A stretch of DNA of 64,000 nucleotides from Hemiscyllium ocellatum (lineage: Eukaryota): assembly GCF_020745735.1 (NCBI RefSeq), contig NC_083403.1, positions 113,478,526 to 113,542,525 on the forward strand, in the 5' to 3' direction. Within the stretch, counting starts at the first letter, position 1. Every line of letters begins with the position of its first letter. A program made the position numbers and the translations under genes. Positions 27,170-41,665 of this stretch are shown here, piece by piece. The notes under the pieces are model-generated. The model ran no database searches, was not told the origin of the DNA, and worked only from the letters and a program-made list of their open reading frames with translations.

Positions 27170-28289
27170 TCTAGAATTCTGTGGGAAGCTAGAGAAGGAT
27201 TGCTGGGCCTCTTGCTGAGATATTTGTTTCACGATAGTCACAGGTGAAGTGCTGGAAGACTGGAGGTTGGCTAACGTGGTGCCACTGTTTAAGAAGAGCA
27301 GTAAAGACAAGCCAGGGAACTATAGACCAGTGAGCCTGACCTCGGTGGTGAACAAGTTGTTGGAGGGAATCCTGAGGGTTAGGATGTACATGTATTTGGA
27401 AAGGCAAGGACTGATTCTGGATAGTCAACATGGCTTTGTGTGTGGGAAATCATGTCTCACAAACTTGATTGCATTTTTTTGAAGAAGCAACAAAGAGGAT
27501 TGATGAGGACAGAGCTATATGTGACATATATTGTGAGCTATGTGGACTCCAGTAAAGGTTCAACAAGGTTCCCCACAGGAGACTGATTAGCAAGGTTAGA
27601 TCTCACGGAATAAAGGGAGAACTAGCCATTTGGATACAGAACTGGCTCAAAGGTCGAAAATAGAGTGCGGTGGTGGAGGGTTGTTTTTCAGACTGGAGGG
27701 CTGAAACCAGTGGGATGCCACAAGGATCAATGCTGGGTCCTCTAGTTTTTGTTATTTATATAAATGATTTGGATGCAAGCATAAGAGGTACAGTTAGTAA
27801 GTTTGCAGATGACACCAAAATTGAAGGTGTAGTGGACAGCAAAGAGGGTTACCTCAGATTAAATCAGGATCTTGACCAGATGGGCCAATGGGCTGAGAAG
27901 TGGCAGATGGAGTTTAATTCAGATAAATGCGAGGTGCTGCATTTTGGGAAAGCAAATCTTAGCAGGACTTATACACTTAATGATAAAGTCCTAGGGAGTG
28001 TTGCTGACCAAAGAGACCTTGGAGTGTAGGTTCATAGCTTCTTGAAAGTGGAGTTGCAGGTAGATAGGACAGTGAAGAAGGCGTTTGGTATGCTTTCCTT
28101 TATTGGTCAGAGTATTGAGTACAGGAGTTAGGAGGTCATGTTGCGGCTCATATTGAGGACAATTGGTTAGGCCACTGTTGGAATATTGCATGCAATTCTG
28201 GTCTCCTTCCTATCGGAAAGATGTTGTGAAACCTGAAAGTGTTCAGAAAAGATTTACAAGGATGTTTCCAGGGTTGGAGGATTTGAGCT
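27170..28289 (+). mobile_element. CR1/HER1 LINE RT fragment
   Basis: Motifs NYRPVSLTSVV, QHGF, PQGSMLGP and KFADDTK. Confidence 0.94.
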
Positions 28290-28439
28290 CAAACTGACTC
28301 CCTTTTCCCTTCCACAAGTGGTGAAAGCTTTGCTTTTCTTAAGCTGAGCCTGATTACATTTCTTGTGCAATTGCAGCCATTGGACAGACCATGATGTGAT
28401 TTGTCATCTATCACTTGTTTCATTTACTTATTATATTTG

Positions 28440-29180
28440 TTCAGGGGACATGGGCCAACAATTACCGACAATCGCTAAATGCCGTTTAGAGGGTGGTGGT
28501 GAGCTTCCTTCTTGAACTGCTGCAGTCTTTGTCATATATGTAGGACAGCCAGAGGAGAAATTCACGTGTCTGCTGCTCATTTATTTCCAAGGTGATAGAA
28601 GTCATGGGTTTGGAAGGTTGGTTCAAGCAACCTGAGTGAGTTCCTGAAGACCATTTTGTCCATGGTACATACAGCTGCCAAGGGCACAGGTATTCCAGAG
28701 AGGAAATGCTGAAGACGGTGGATGGAATGCCAGTCAAGTGGGCTGTTTTGCCTTGCATGGCACTGAGTTTCTTGAGCATTAAATCCATTTTATTCTAGGA
28801 AAGTTGGGGATATTCCATTACACCTCTCAATTATGCCTTGTGGACGGTGAACAGGCTTTGGGTAGTCAAGACATAAGTAACTGGCTCTAGAATTACCAGC
28901 CTCAGAGCTAGACTTGCTGCTACTGTATCTATATGGCATTTGCAATTAAGTTTTGAATCAATTGTAAACCCGAGAGTAATGGGGATTCTGCGATGGTAAT
29001 TTAATATGAAGGGGAGATGGTTAGATTATCTCTAATTGGCGATGGTCATTGCCAGGCACTTATTGTCATTAACAAAGTCTGAAAGCTACTTAATGTTTTT
29101 GCTGTATGTGACAATGGACTATTCCCTTGTGTAGGAGTTACATATACAAACAGTGTGATGCAATCAACTGTGAACATTCT
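28440..29180 (-). mobile_element. Second CR1/L2-group LINE, 3' fragment
   Basis: Reverse-complement similarity to 19741-20430. Confidence 0.65.
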
Positions 29181-29349
29181 CAGTTCAGAGGCTGGGAAAT
29201 CCATAGCGAGCAATTTTCCTCACTCTGTAAATCCTGTTAACTTGCACTTTTCTTCTGGATTGGAAGAGGGGTAATTTTGAGAGGGCAAATAACTTTGGTA
29301 CAAAAAAATACACAGCTTAGTTCTTGATACATCTACAAAGAACAAATTA

Positions 29350-30680
29350 GGAGTATGATGGAATATCTCTAATTACCTGGATCATGCAGTTCCAACAATA
29401 CTCAAGAGCTCAATGTCATCAGGACAAGGCAGACAGCTTGAATAGCACCTTATCCATAAACTTCAACTTTCATTCCCCCAACCACTGATGCAAAGCGGCA
29501 GTGGTATATATCATCTACAAGATGCAATCCAGTAGCTCACTAAGGATCCTTCAACAACATCTTCCACACCCACAAAGTCTACCATCTAAAAGGACAAGAG
29601 CAACAGATGCCTGGTGCTATCACCTGAAAATTACCATCATGAATATATCACCATCCCTTCATTGTTATGGGTCAAAAGTATGGAAAACTCTTGGATTGAG
29701 AATGACATCTATGAAGTCTTTGAAAATCTAGTATTGATAGGAATCAAGAGGAAAACTCTCTGCTTGTTGGAGTCATACCTAGCTCAAAGGAAGAAAGCTG
29801 TGACTGTTTGAGCTTGATCATTTTAGCCCGAGAACATTGGAGTTCCTCACAGTAGTGTCCATGGGCTAATTACTGTCTACCGTTTTATCAATGATCATCC
29901 CTCCAGCTTAAGGTCAGAAGAGTGGATGCCACTGACAGTTGTAGAACATTCAACACTATTTGCGACTCCTCAGATACTAAAGCAGCCTGCACCCATCTAT
30001 AGCAAGACCTGGACAATTTCCAGGTTTGGGCTATTCACATCACACAAATGTTAGGCAATGAAAATGTACAAGAGAGAATCAAGCCATCTGTCCTCAACAT
30101 TCAATGGCATTACCATCTCTGAAACACCCACTGTAGCATCCAAAGGTGATTACCATTGGTCACACACTAAGCTGAACCAGCCAAACAGACTCGGTGGCTA
30201 TAAGTGGAGGTCAGAGGCTAGGAATTCTATGGTGAATAACTCACCTCCTGTCTCACTAATACCTGTCCACCATGAACCACTTGTCTGTTAAGTACAGCTC
30301 CAACAACACTCAACAAGCTCAGCATCATTGAACTCCAAAGCAGCCCACTTGATCGCTGCTCCCCCCCCGCCAATATCCAGTTCTCTAACATCGATGAGTG
30401 ATAGGAACACCAATGAACTGCAGCAATTCACCAAGCCTCATTCAAAAGCAATGTCAGAACCTGTGACCTCAACATCCAGAAGGACAAGGACAGCAGCTGC
30501 ATGAGAACACCATCATCTGCAAGTTCCTCCCCAAGACACACACATGGACTTGAGGTTCAAGGAAGCACACACTACCACCCCCTCAAGTGTAATTAGGAAA
30601 GGGCAATCGTTGCTGGCATAGCAATTAATGCCAGTGTTACACATGTGCCAGTGATACACATATTCCGTGAGTGAAGAAGA
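29350..30680 (+). mobile_element. Two tandem fragments of the second CR1/L2-group LINE
   Basis: Repeated QDKAA-like and 3' UTR segments. RT remnant LESYLAQRK. Confidence 0.65.
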
Positions 30681-32281
30681 TTATTCATACATAGCAACTT
30701 CAATCTAACTTGGTATTTATTACATGAAATTATGTGTGAGCTTTAAGGGAAAGTGCATCTCTCACTGTCAGATATTTGTGGCTTTTAAAATATTGCACAA
30801 ACTACTCTCGCCTCCAATAAAAAGGATAACACATTTTAAATATTCAGTAGTCATTGAAGACAGATGCATAAAACATAGTCACAATTGGAGGATAAATGTA
30901 ATACAATTTGATTTATGATTTAAACCTATAATTGCTATTTCAAAATTATGAATTCCATGCAGCATTTAATCGAAGAATAAAAACAGCACCATTTTTTGGT
31001 TGTTATTACATACTTACTTGCTGTCATTGGAACTGATTTATTCGAATGAAACCAAACTAAATTCTGTACCAATGGGACACAAGTTGGTATGAATACCTTG
31101 ACTCAATGTCAGCTGGTTTAATAGTTGCAAAACTCAATGGCAAGAAGCTATCAGACCAAATGAGCATATTGTACTCAAGGACATTGTTCATTTTTAGATG
31201 TCTCAGATCAATGCAGTTGATTGCAAAAATTGGACAGACCTTGATTAGCTTTTCAGATTTTCTGTGCAGCATGTTTATGGAAGTCAGTGTTGCCAAAAGG
31301 TATGCTTTGCCCTGTATTGAGGAGACCATCTATTCGGAAGATGTAAACAGAGTCTAGAGCTGCAGAGAACTCTTCCTAAAAACAATTGTTGCAATGATTC
31401 CATGTCACCAGTTTTCAGCTTTTTCTTAAATGGTGGAAGATTCCTGATTAACATTTAGTTTGCACTGCCTGGTGGGCTGCATTGCAGCCCAGTGTGGGTC
31501 TGGATGCTGTTATCTTTCCAATATCCAGTTATCTGGATGTTCATTGTGAGAGCTATGAAACTGTTGATACTGCAATCCATCCAATAACCCCAGTTCTATC
31601 AGCCTTCTGGGATTTGCAGAGGGTGTAATGGAGCATATATCTGTTGTAACTCGCACACTGGCATGACCCATGCAAATTCCCTCTATCTACTCCTCTGGCT
31701 GGAGGCTCAGCAATGACATGTCTATGAAGTCTGCATCCCAGCATTGTGCCCAGGCCACATGTACATCTGAGATCAGCTGTCAGAATAGCACTATTGCTAA
31801 TGCTGCTTACTCCTTATCTCAGAACTGTGAGTTTGAATTTCCTTTGAGCTCACCACTTCTTAAGCTTAAAACTGTAATCTTCGACTGCATGTTGCTGAGG
31901 ACTCATTCTTATTAGGAACTGTATTTTTTTTAAAAGTCAGCTCATGCTGTGCGTTGACAGTCAGAAAAGGTCTTCAGTAACCAGAGATGGGTTCAAACTG
32001 TGGTTTTGGCAAGTATGAGTAAGAATTAACTCCCATTGTGCTACAATGTCCTGCAATAACTGTTTTGCAAAAGTGCACTGGCATTTACAATACGAAAAGA
32101 AAATCAAAGGCAAAAGAAATATTTAACATTGGTATAAGAATTCAAACTATACCACAGTATGTACATAATTAAAATTCAACTGTTTTAAAATGTGTGATAA
32201 TGCCTTTATAAATCACATAATTCAAGACTGGATTTATTACAAACTCAGTTCTACTGCTGGTACCTGTCAGCACAAATGCTA

Positions 32282-32422
<141 letters not shown>

Positions 32423-32854
32423 CTAACTATATCACAAAAACAATATCTAAATTTGACTCTTCCAGTTAACATAGCTGGATTCCTAATTCACAACTATTGT
32501 GAGTTACTTGATTGCTCATATTCCTTCCTTATTTCTGTTCAATAGCCAAGTTATCTATATTAGGAACAGAACTGCAGAGACTATTATATTTTACCAGGCT
32601 AAGGAATGGGTAGAGAAAACATTGCATCTCAGCCCTCTATTTGACATTCACTACAACATGACTTTCACTATTGTTGAATCATGCTGGCTATCCCGGTACT
32701 TTGGGTTTGCAACAAAGGTAGATCAATGGGAAATGCTATCTGTATTTAGGAACTCTGCTATGCGTAGGTTGAGGTGGACTGACTTGAGATTAAAGACTCT
32801 GCTTTCCCCTTTTACCTCGTACTGTGCCCTTCATCACTGTACCATCCCCTAACC

Positions 32855-33141
32855 TAGATTAGATTACTTACAGTGTGGAAACAGGCCCTTTGGGCCAACA
32901 AGTCCACACCGACCTGCCGAAGCGCAACCCACCCATACATTTACCCCTTACCTAACACTATGGGCAATTTAGCATGGCCAATTCACCTGACCCACACATC
33001 TTGGTGACTGTAGAAGGAAACCCACGCAGACACGGGGAGAAAGTGCAAACTCCACACAGTCAGTCGCCTCAGGCGGGAATTGAACCCGGGTCTCTGACGC
33101 TGTGAGGCAGCAGTGCTAACCACTGTGCCACCGTGCCACCC
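32855..33141 (-). mobile_element. HE1 SINE
   Basis: tRNA-like head, V-domain with a small deletion, and (AATCT)n tail on the minus strand. Confidence 0.9.
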
Positions 33142-33309
33142 ATAGACTGTGACAAGCAATAAAATACATATTTCATCAGCAGTTTGCATATGTAAGGTTT
33201 ATCTGTTCTGAGCACCTTAAATGATCACTTCCTTTATAATTTGTGAAGAAACAGGCAATGCAAAATTACAGATCTGGCCAAAATTATAGAGTCTACAAGG
33301 GACACTTTA

Positions 33310-34522
33310 CTGCAACTGGGTAAGGTGGTGGTGAAACCACATCTGGTGTACTCTGGGCAGCTTTGGTTTCCTCACTTAAAAACAAGACACAATTTCATCC
33401 GAGGCACTCGAGGAGGTTCCTTAGGATGATCCCTCCTAATATGGAGGGATTGTCTCATGAGCAAACTTTAAATAGTTTGGAACTCTACTTCCTGGAATTT
33501 GAACAAATGAGAGAAGGTCTCATTGAAACAGATAGGATTTTTAATGGGCATGTCAGGGTAAATGCTGAGAGGATGTTCCCCTTCAAGGAAGAGTCTAGGA
33601 CCACAGGACATGGTCTCAGAATGAAAGGGCACAAATTTAAGACTGAAATAAAGAAGAATTTCTACTTTGTTTGAAACTCTTTGCCACAGAGAACTATGGG
33701 GACAGAGTCCTTGTCGATATTTAAGGCTAAGATAGATTCTTGATCAGTCGGAGAAATAAAAATTACAGGGTAAAAGCAGGAAAGTGGATATGAGGAATGT
33801 TGGATCACCATGATCCTATTAAATGTGGAGCAGCCGCGAGGGGCCGAATGGCTTACATCTGTTCCTATTGTTTATGGTCTTATTTGTCAGAAAGAAGATG
33901 GTGACATCCACAAAAATGTTGGGCATTGATTGGGATATCATGTTGAGGATATGCAGGATGTTGGTGAGGCTACTTTTAGAGTACTATTCAGTTCTGGTCA
34001 CCCTGTTATAGGAAGGATATTATTAAATTGGAGAAGGTGCAGAAAAGATTTACAAGGATGTTACCAGGATTGGAGGCTTTGAGTTATAAAGACACGCTGG
34101 ATGAGCTGGGACCTTTTCCATTTGAGTGCAAGAGGTTGAGGGGTGATCTTACATAGGTTTATAAAATCATGAGGGGCACAGGTAATGAGAATAGCAAAGA
34201 TCTGTTCCCTCAGATTGGAGAGTTTTAAACTAGAGGGCATAATTTTATGGTTAGAGGAGGAAGATTTAATAGGGACCCCAGGGACAACTTTCTTATGGAG
34301 AGGTTGGTTCATATGTTGAATGAACTGCCAGAGTAAGTGGTAGATGTCCGTATAGTAACAACATTTAAGAGACATTTGGATAGGTACATGAATAAAAAGG
34401 GTTTGGAAGGATATGGGTCAAATACAGACAGATGGGACTAATTTAGTTTTGGAAACTTGGTCAGCACAGATAAGTTGGACCAAAGGGTCTGTTTCCATGC
34501 TGTATGATTCAATGATTCTATA
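33310..34522 (+). mobile_element. Two adjacent CR1 3' fragments (about 33310-33880 and 33920-34522)
   Basis: ESRTTGH and LVRLLLEY motifs, and a CR1/HER1 3' UTR with short-repeat tail. Confidence 0.85.
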
Positions 34523-34646
34523 ACTAAGACTCTCCTCATTTAGCTTATCTGACATAATGAAGTTGAAGTCATTTTTATGAGGTAATTTGTTCACACAGAC
34601 TTAAATGAACAACTGAGTAGATCTGAGTATCAGCAAAAGATTTTCA

Positions 34647-34865
<219 letters not shown>

Positions 34866-35205
34866 CTATTCAACAAAATCGGGATTCAGTTACAGCAAAG
34901 TTCAGAGTTCTGCACTGCTTCATTAATTCATTACAGTTAAATTTGAATCACAATCTATAAAACTCTGAAATATTGCAAATCAAATTCTTACTTGATTTGT
35001 GACAATTTATAGAACTTGCTTATTTGTGAGCCTTAATGTTTGGTTACAAACTGACTAAATGTTTAGAGATGCATTTCCCTCCATGTTTAACCAACCTTCA
35101 TTTACTGACACGGATCAGTGTTGCCACTTAAATCTGACGAATAACGAAAACAATTGCTCAACAATGACACGCTCCCCATAATAATTTTACAAAGTGTTGC
35201 TTCTA

Positions 35206-35604
<399 letters not shown>

Positions 35605-37531
35605 TCATGGTGGAGAAAGACATCCACTGACTCATGTGGCCATCAAACCAAGCACCTAAAGTGCAGGGTCTATAAATAAGGCAATGGAAGGCATTCACAC
35701 CAGTAATACTTTTGACCTGTCTGCAAAAGGGGATTTTAAACGAATGCTCCAATTTTCCGTGGGAAGAATTTTGGCTGAAGATTATCTTTTTCTGATGTCC
35801 CGTTGTTGATGCATCCCAGGTTGTTCATACTTCTTGTATCAGTTTTTCATTTGAATATGGCACAGTTTGGCCCAAAGTACAGAGACTTCATTTCAGAGGC
35901 ATCACCCCTCCAATACAGATCATGCTCAGGTTCAGTTTAGTCTGATAGATTACACATGTATCCTATTCACTAACTGTAGCTCGAGAAGATAGAGGAGAAT
36001 TGCTTTTCATCACTTTTTAAATGAGAAGCCGCAAAAGTACAGAAATAGAAAAGAAGGAGGCGAGCTAAAATTTAGCCATCCAATTGGGCAAAATTGAAAC
36101 GGTCTCTAACCAGTCACAAGTTGAAGAGTACAATTATTGTCCAGCTAACCTCCCACAGTAATTCAACAAAACTCAAATTGATCTTAATCTGACTGAGTTC
36201 AGACCCACTGCATCTCACAAAATGGCTCTGTAGCACAGGAGCCATTTTATTATGTATAGGACATGTATATCTGTTCCTGTCCTGGTCTTTTTTTTCAACA
36301 TATGTTTTAAAACTGCAACTCCTTGGAGGGGGAAAACAAATATTGCCAGGGACATTAGGAATGGACAATAAGCAGTGGCCTTGTCAATTTTGGAGTGAAT
36401 GAATCAAAAACAAAAATCATTGAGAAGGTGATACTGGAAAACTAGAAACAATCAGCCAACAAAAATCAACCCATTTACAGACACATATCTTGCATCTCTC
36501 TTTTCCAGGTATTGACTGAGTTCATTTATATTTGCAGATTTTTCAATTTTGATTCAAGTTTTCAGCTCTGACTTTTTTTCACTTCTTTATCCTTGGGTTT
36601 GTCTGAATGTTATTTATGTATTTATTTTAGTTAAAGCACAAAGCATCCAAAGCTTTACCTTCCAATACTATTCAACATGATAATTGTTCCTATATTCTGT
36701 AATTCAACCACCAACAAGTATTCAAGTATATATTCAATTATGGCCTGGAATGGAGAAATGAACTGGCTGATCTTGGCTGATGAGAACAAAGGCCTACAGT
36801 CTTCTTAGCCTAAAGCTACACCACTATTCAATTAATATTTATTACCTGATAAATTGGAGAGAAATAATAAAGAAGCAACATTAAGCATATGGCATTTTGT
36901 GCAATGATCTGGGCCCCACACACTCATATAGAGGTACAAAATTAAAAGGAGATAGTTTCGCATAGAAAGTGATAAATTTAAATACTGTTGAGAGTGCTTT
37001 GGTTTTAGCCTGATTATATAGTTTCTCTAGTCAATAGTACTTGCAATTATTTTTAAATGCATTAGCTCTCTGTGGCTGAGTTAGCTGGTTTCTTTGTGCT
37101 TCTTCTCAGTGATTGTTTCTGTGTAAATCAGGCCAGCTTTTCGTATTTTGAATGGGAGAGAGTCCAATGAAGACATAGTATCCCTTTCAGACACCTCTTA
37201 AAAAGTTCTCAGAACTTCCCTTGAAATATTTGTTGTGGCATATCATTCAAAAGATTGTACTGGGCAGGAATGTTTTGCATTTATTCATTCCTTTCTCAAC
37301 CAATAATAACTTTCGATGGGTGCGATTTGTGGGAGATCTTTTTCTATCACCCCTGAAGTGATTTATTTACTTGCTTGCCTCCACCTCGAGTTTGTTTCAC
37401 ATTATTAAACAGTTTGCCTTGTCTTGGTCATAGTTCCAAGCAGTTGAATGTTTGTTTAAAAACACATCTTAAATCAGAAAGGCATGTCGATTTGTGGCAA
37501 TTGATTTTATTTCAAAACCAGGAAAAATGCA

Positions 37532-37703
37532 AAGTTAAAAATCACACAACACCAGGTTATAGTCCAGCAGGTTTAATTGGAAGCACACTAGCTTTTGGAG
37601 CTCTGAAAGCTAGTGTGCTTCCAATTAAACCTGTTGGACTATAACCTGGTGTTGTGTGATTTTTAACTTTGTACACCCCAGTCCAACACCGGCATTTCCA
37701 AAT
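37532..37703. mobile_element. PLE family B, near-perfect spacer-less palindrome of about 140 bp
   Basis: Arms 37531-37600 and 37601-37670 centred on GAG|CTC. Perfect TSD caggaaaaatgca at 37519-37531 and 37704-37716. Confidence 0.88.
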
Positions 37704-38390
37704 CAGGAAAAATGCATGTTACCATTTAATTATGAGATTAAATTTGTCCAGTTTCCTTCAGGGTTGTTTGTGATAAGATCAGTAAGTGAACAAAAATATG
37801 GCACCTGGAATTCAATTTGGGCAAAATGAAAGGCCAGCCACTTTAGATCTGAGAAAGACAATTTGAAATAGTTTACACATGGTAAGATAAGAAATTGTAC
37901 AGGAGCATGTAATTTCAATACCCTTAATTGTAAATCACTGAAAGAAACTGCAGTTACCAACTGCAAACAAAAACAGACAAGGAAATTTGACCCTTTTCTC
38001 ATCTGGACTGGAATACAATGTAAAGGAAATTATGCTTCAATTGTACAGAACCATGATCAGAAACTATCTGGAGTACAGCATCTATTTTGAACAGCTTAAG
38101 AAAAATAATTTTGGTTGTGGTTACAGCAGAAGCACTTGCATTGTACTGAACGTAAAGGGTTTCAGTATCAGGACAAATTGCATTCTGTCAGTTGTATTTC
38201 CTTCAGTTTAAAAGATTTGTGATTGCTGTGTGATGTTCCCAACTTGCTCCATTATCAGCTCACTAATGTTATGCTCTCTGCTCGAGCTCAACAGACACAG
38301 TACTGGATGACTACATCAGTAATAGCAGTCATTTCTCGTATTCTACCTGAGTAAAATATGCTCTCTTGTCGTCTAACATTTGCTCCTTAT

Positions 38391-38611
38391 GGTTAAGATT
38401 ACAGCTGTGCTGGAAATGTACAGCAGGTCAGGCAGCGTCCGAGGAGCAGAAAAACTAACGTTTTGGACAGGAGCCCGAGTTCCTGATGAAGGGCTCCTGC
38501 CCGAAACATTGATTTACCTGCTCCTCAGATGCTGCCTGACCTGCTATGCATTTCCAGAACCACTGTAATCTTGACTCTAATCTCCAGCATCTGCAGTCCT
38601 CACTTTCGCCT
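38391..38611. mobile_element. PLE family A fold-back palindrome
   Basis: TSD at(t/c)tgctccttat at 38378-38390 and 38612-38624. CTGATGA at 38483-38489 and GAAA at 38503-38506. Confidence 0.85.
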
Positions 38612-40329
38612 ATCTGCTCCTTATAGACACATTCTTTATTTCAGTATGTGCAGCTGGATAGAATGGACTTCATAAAGCAAGTTACTGTTTTCTTTTTATA
38701 CAATTATGTCACATGTGGTGTGCAGAAACACTGAGCCATAGCCTACACCAAAATGAGAGTAAAATTAATGCCATTCACCATTATTTAGGCAAAAGTAGCA
38801 GAGTGACTTCAGGCTGTTAAGCACCCAAAAATAATGCTGTCCAACCTGTGCTGAGCCATTATTAACCTCACAAAGTGTGCTTTTATTCCCTGTCAGCCTC
38901 AAACATTGACATGCATAGAATGTTGTAAATTTGCTGAACTGATGAGGTACATATAGAAGTTAAACCCACGTCAGAGGCTGCGGGATAGCAATTATACTTG
39001 CAAGAATCTTTTTAATAATTGTGATAGTCCATTACTTCCAGGCAATCTTGCTGACACTAAAAATTAAACAATACAAGTGTCAGTCTTTCATGTTTCAACT
39101 TTTCAGGGAGATTTTAAAAATATCAAACTTGAACTTGAATTATTTTGCTTATTTTTCCTTCCTATCCTTTTCTCTCTCTCTTTCTTGAAATAATGTGTAT
39201 CTCTCTTTTATTTCTCTTTCTGCACCAGATTGGACATTGTAATCAACTTCTTCAATTTACTCCCATCTCAGTTGTTTTGTTGTTAATTTTCTAATTCTTA
39301 GACTTCATTGGCTACCTTTTATTGCCCTGTTCACCCAAGATGCAAACATCAAGTTTTTCTTGCTGTTCCATGACCAGCTTGCACTTTGAGCATCTAAGGA
39401 GACAAAATGTTTGGGAGTTGGAGGGTGCAGAAATTGGTTGAGAAAATGGCATGTAAAATGCTATGCTGCAGTTAAATACAATCTCTTATCTTAGTTTTTG
39501 TGCAACTGCATTCAAAATATTAAGCATTAAGTATAATGAATTTGTGACTTAATATTGAAATTGCACCATTAAGTTTATTGCCGCAATATTATATATTACA
39601 GGATATTACAGCATTTTACCCATAGAATCTAGAATCTTCTCTATATTAAAAAAGGCATATAATACTACTGTCTTTTATCTCCTGGTATTGTGCGTGGGCA
39701 ATTGGGAACAAGTGCAGTCTGTACTTGAAGAAAGGGTAATGGCTGAGAAATAATTGGATTAGAATGTGCAGACGTAATTAATTCACCATACTTCCCATTT
39801 TTGCTACGAGTCACAGTTTAAAAGTAGATTAGGATTTGGAAAGCAAGACAAGCAGCTGGAGAATAGATGTTCGTGGGCATAATAGCATGCAGAGCTTTCC
39901 TGAGGGTCCTGCTAGCTCCAGCAGTTGTGTGCTTTCATTATGACGTTAATAAGAGATGAATGTCACCGAGGCACAGAGCAATAAAAAAATCATTCTTGTC
40001 AAAAACCAAAACAATCAATATTTTTTGCAATGTCCAATCTCTGGAAATGACAGCTTGAGCAACCTAACACTCAAAATGATAATGCAACTTTCAAAGAGGA
40101 CTGGATAGATGTCTTAACAACCCGCTACATCTCGTGCTGATTTCAACTTCAGTGACTTTGGAGCAGCTGAGAACGCAATGTCTCTTTATTAGCTTTCTAG
40201 CTTGGCCTTTGTGCACAACTTGTCCATTTTCCACTGTTAAAAAAAACCTGAATGTTAGTTACACAAAACGACAGTTAGTTACACTCTTGGTGTAAACTTT
40301 GTTCAATGCCCGCATGATGGACTTTCACC

Positions 40330-41665
40330 AAGAAAGCTATGGGTTCAAGCATTTCTTCAGAGGATTAAAAATGCACTTGAATCTGACATTTCATCAATGC
40401 AGTGCTGAGGAAATGTATGTTGACAAAGATGACAAAAAGTTAAATTGAGATCCTTCCGCCCTCTTCAATCAATGCAAAGGATTACACAACACAACTACTT
40501 TTTGTCATTTATATAAATGATTTGGACACGAGCATAAGAGGCATTGTTAATAAGTTTGCAGATGACACCAAAATTGAAGGTGCAGTGGACAGCGAAGAAG
40601 GTCACATCAGATTACAACAGGATATTGATCAGATGAGCCAATGGGCTGACGAGTGGCAGATGGAGTTTAATTTAGATAAATGTGAGGTGCTGCATTTTGG
40701 GAAAGCAAATCAGAACAGGACATATACACTTCATTGTAAGGTCCTGGAGGAGTTGCAAAAAAAGAGACCTTGGAGTGCAGGTTCATAGCTCCTTGAAAGT
40801 AGAGTCACAGGTAGATAGGATGGTGAAGAAGGCATTTGTTGTGCTTTTGTTTATTGGTCAGAGTATTGAGTACAGGAATTGGGAGATCATGTTGCAGCTG
40901 TACAGGATATTGGTTAGGCCATTTTTGGAATACTGCATGCAATTCTGGTCTCCTTCCTGTTGGAACGATGTTGTGAAACTTGAAAGGGTTCAGAACAGAT
41001 CTGAAAGGATATTGCCAGGGTTGGAGGATTTGAGCTATAGGGAGAGGCTGAATAGGCTGGGGCTGTTTTCTCCGAGTGTCGGAGGCTGAGGGGTGACATT
41101 TTAGAGGTTTATAAAATCATGAGGGGCATGGATAGGTTAAATAGACAAAGTATTTTCCCTAGGATGGGGGAGTCCAGACTAGAGGGCATAGGTTTAGGCT
41201 GAGAGGGAAAGATATAAAAGAGACCGAAGGGGCAACTTTTTCATGCAAAGGTGGTACATGTGTGGACTGGGCTGCTAGAGGAATTGGTGGAGGCTAGTAC
41301 AATTGTAACATTTAAAAGGCATTTGGATGGGAATATGAATAGGAAGCATTTGCAGGAATATGGGCTGTGTGCTGGCAGGTGGGACTAATTTGAATTGGGA
41401 TATCTGGTTGGCATGGACGAGTTGGACCGAAGGGTCTGTAGTCATGCTATATGTTTCTATGACTATGACTCTATGACACTATTCAAGGAAGTCACCTCAA
41501 CCATCTTCAACATCATAGATTATTTAGCCATTCATCTCTCTTGCAGTTTCAAAAATATGTATAAAATTAGTTGATCCTTTTCCTCACATTACAACAGTGA
41601 TTTCATGAAAAAAATATACCTAGATCCCTTGCAAGTAGGTATATGAAAACAATTTCTTTCTTTCT
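40330..41665 (+). mobile_element. Old Deu-type SINE (about 40330-40495 and 41477-41665) interrupted by a CR1 LINE
   Basis: B-box gggttcaag and tgcagtgctgagg lie upstream. A Deu-like domain (cagattat...ttcctcacattacaacagtga) resumes after the LINE tail. Confidence 0.5.
40500..41476 (+). mobile_element. 5'-truncated CR1/HER1 LINE with intact 3' end
   Basis: KFADDTK and LVRPFLEYCMQFWSP motifs, followed by the 3' UTR and a (CTATGA)n-type tail. Confidence 0.95.

Noticed and set aside
30631-30661. Short tandem duplication (tgccagtg.tacacat twice)
   Set aside because: Ordinary slippage-type duplication at the end of a decayed LINE.
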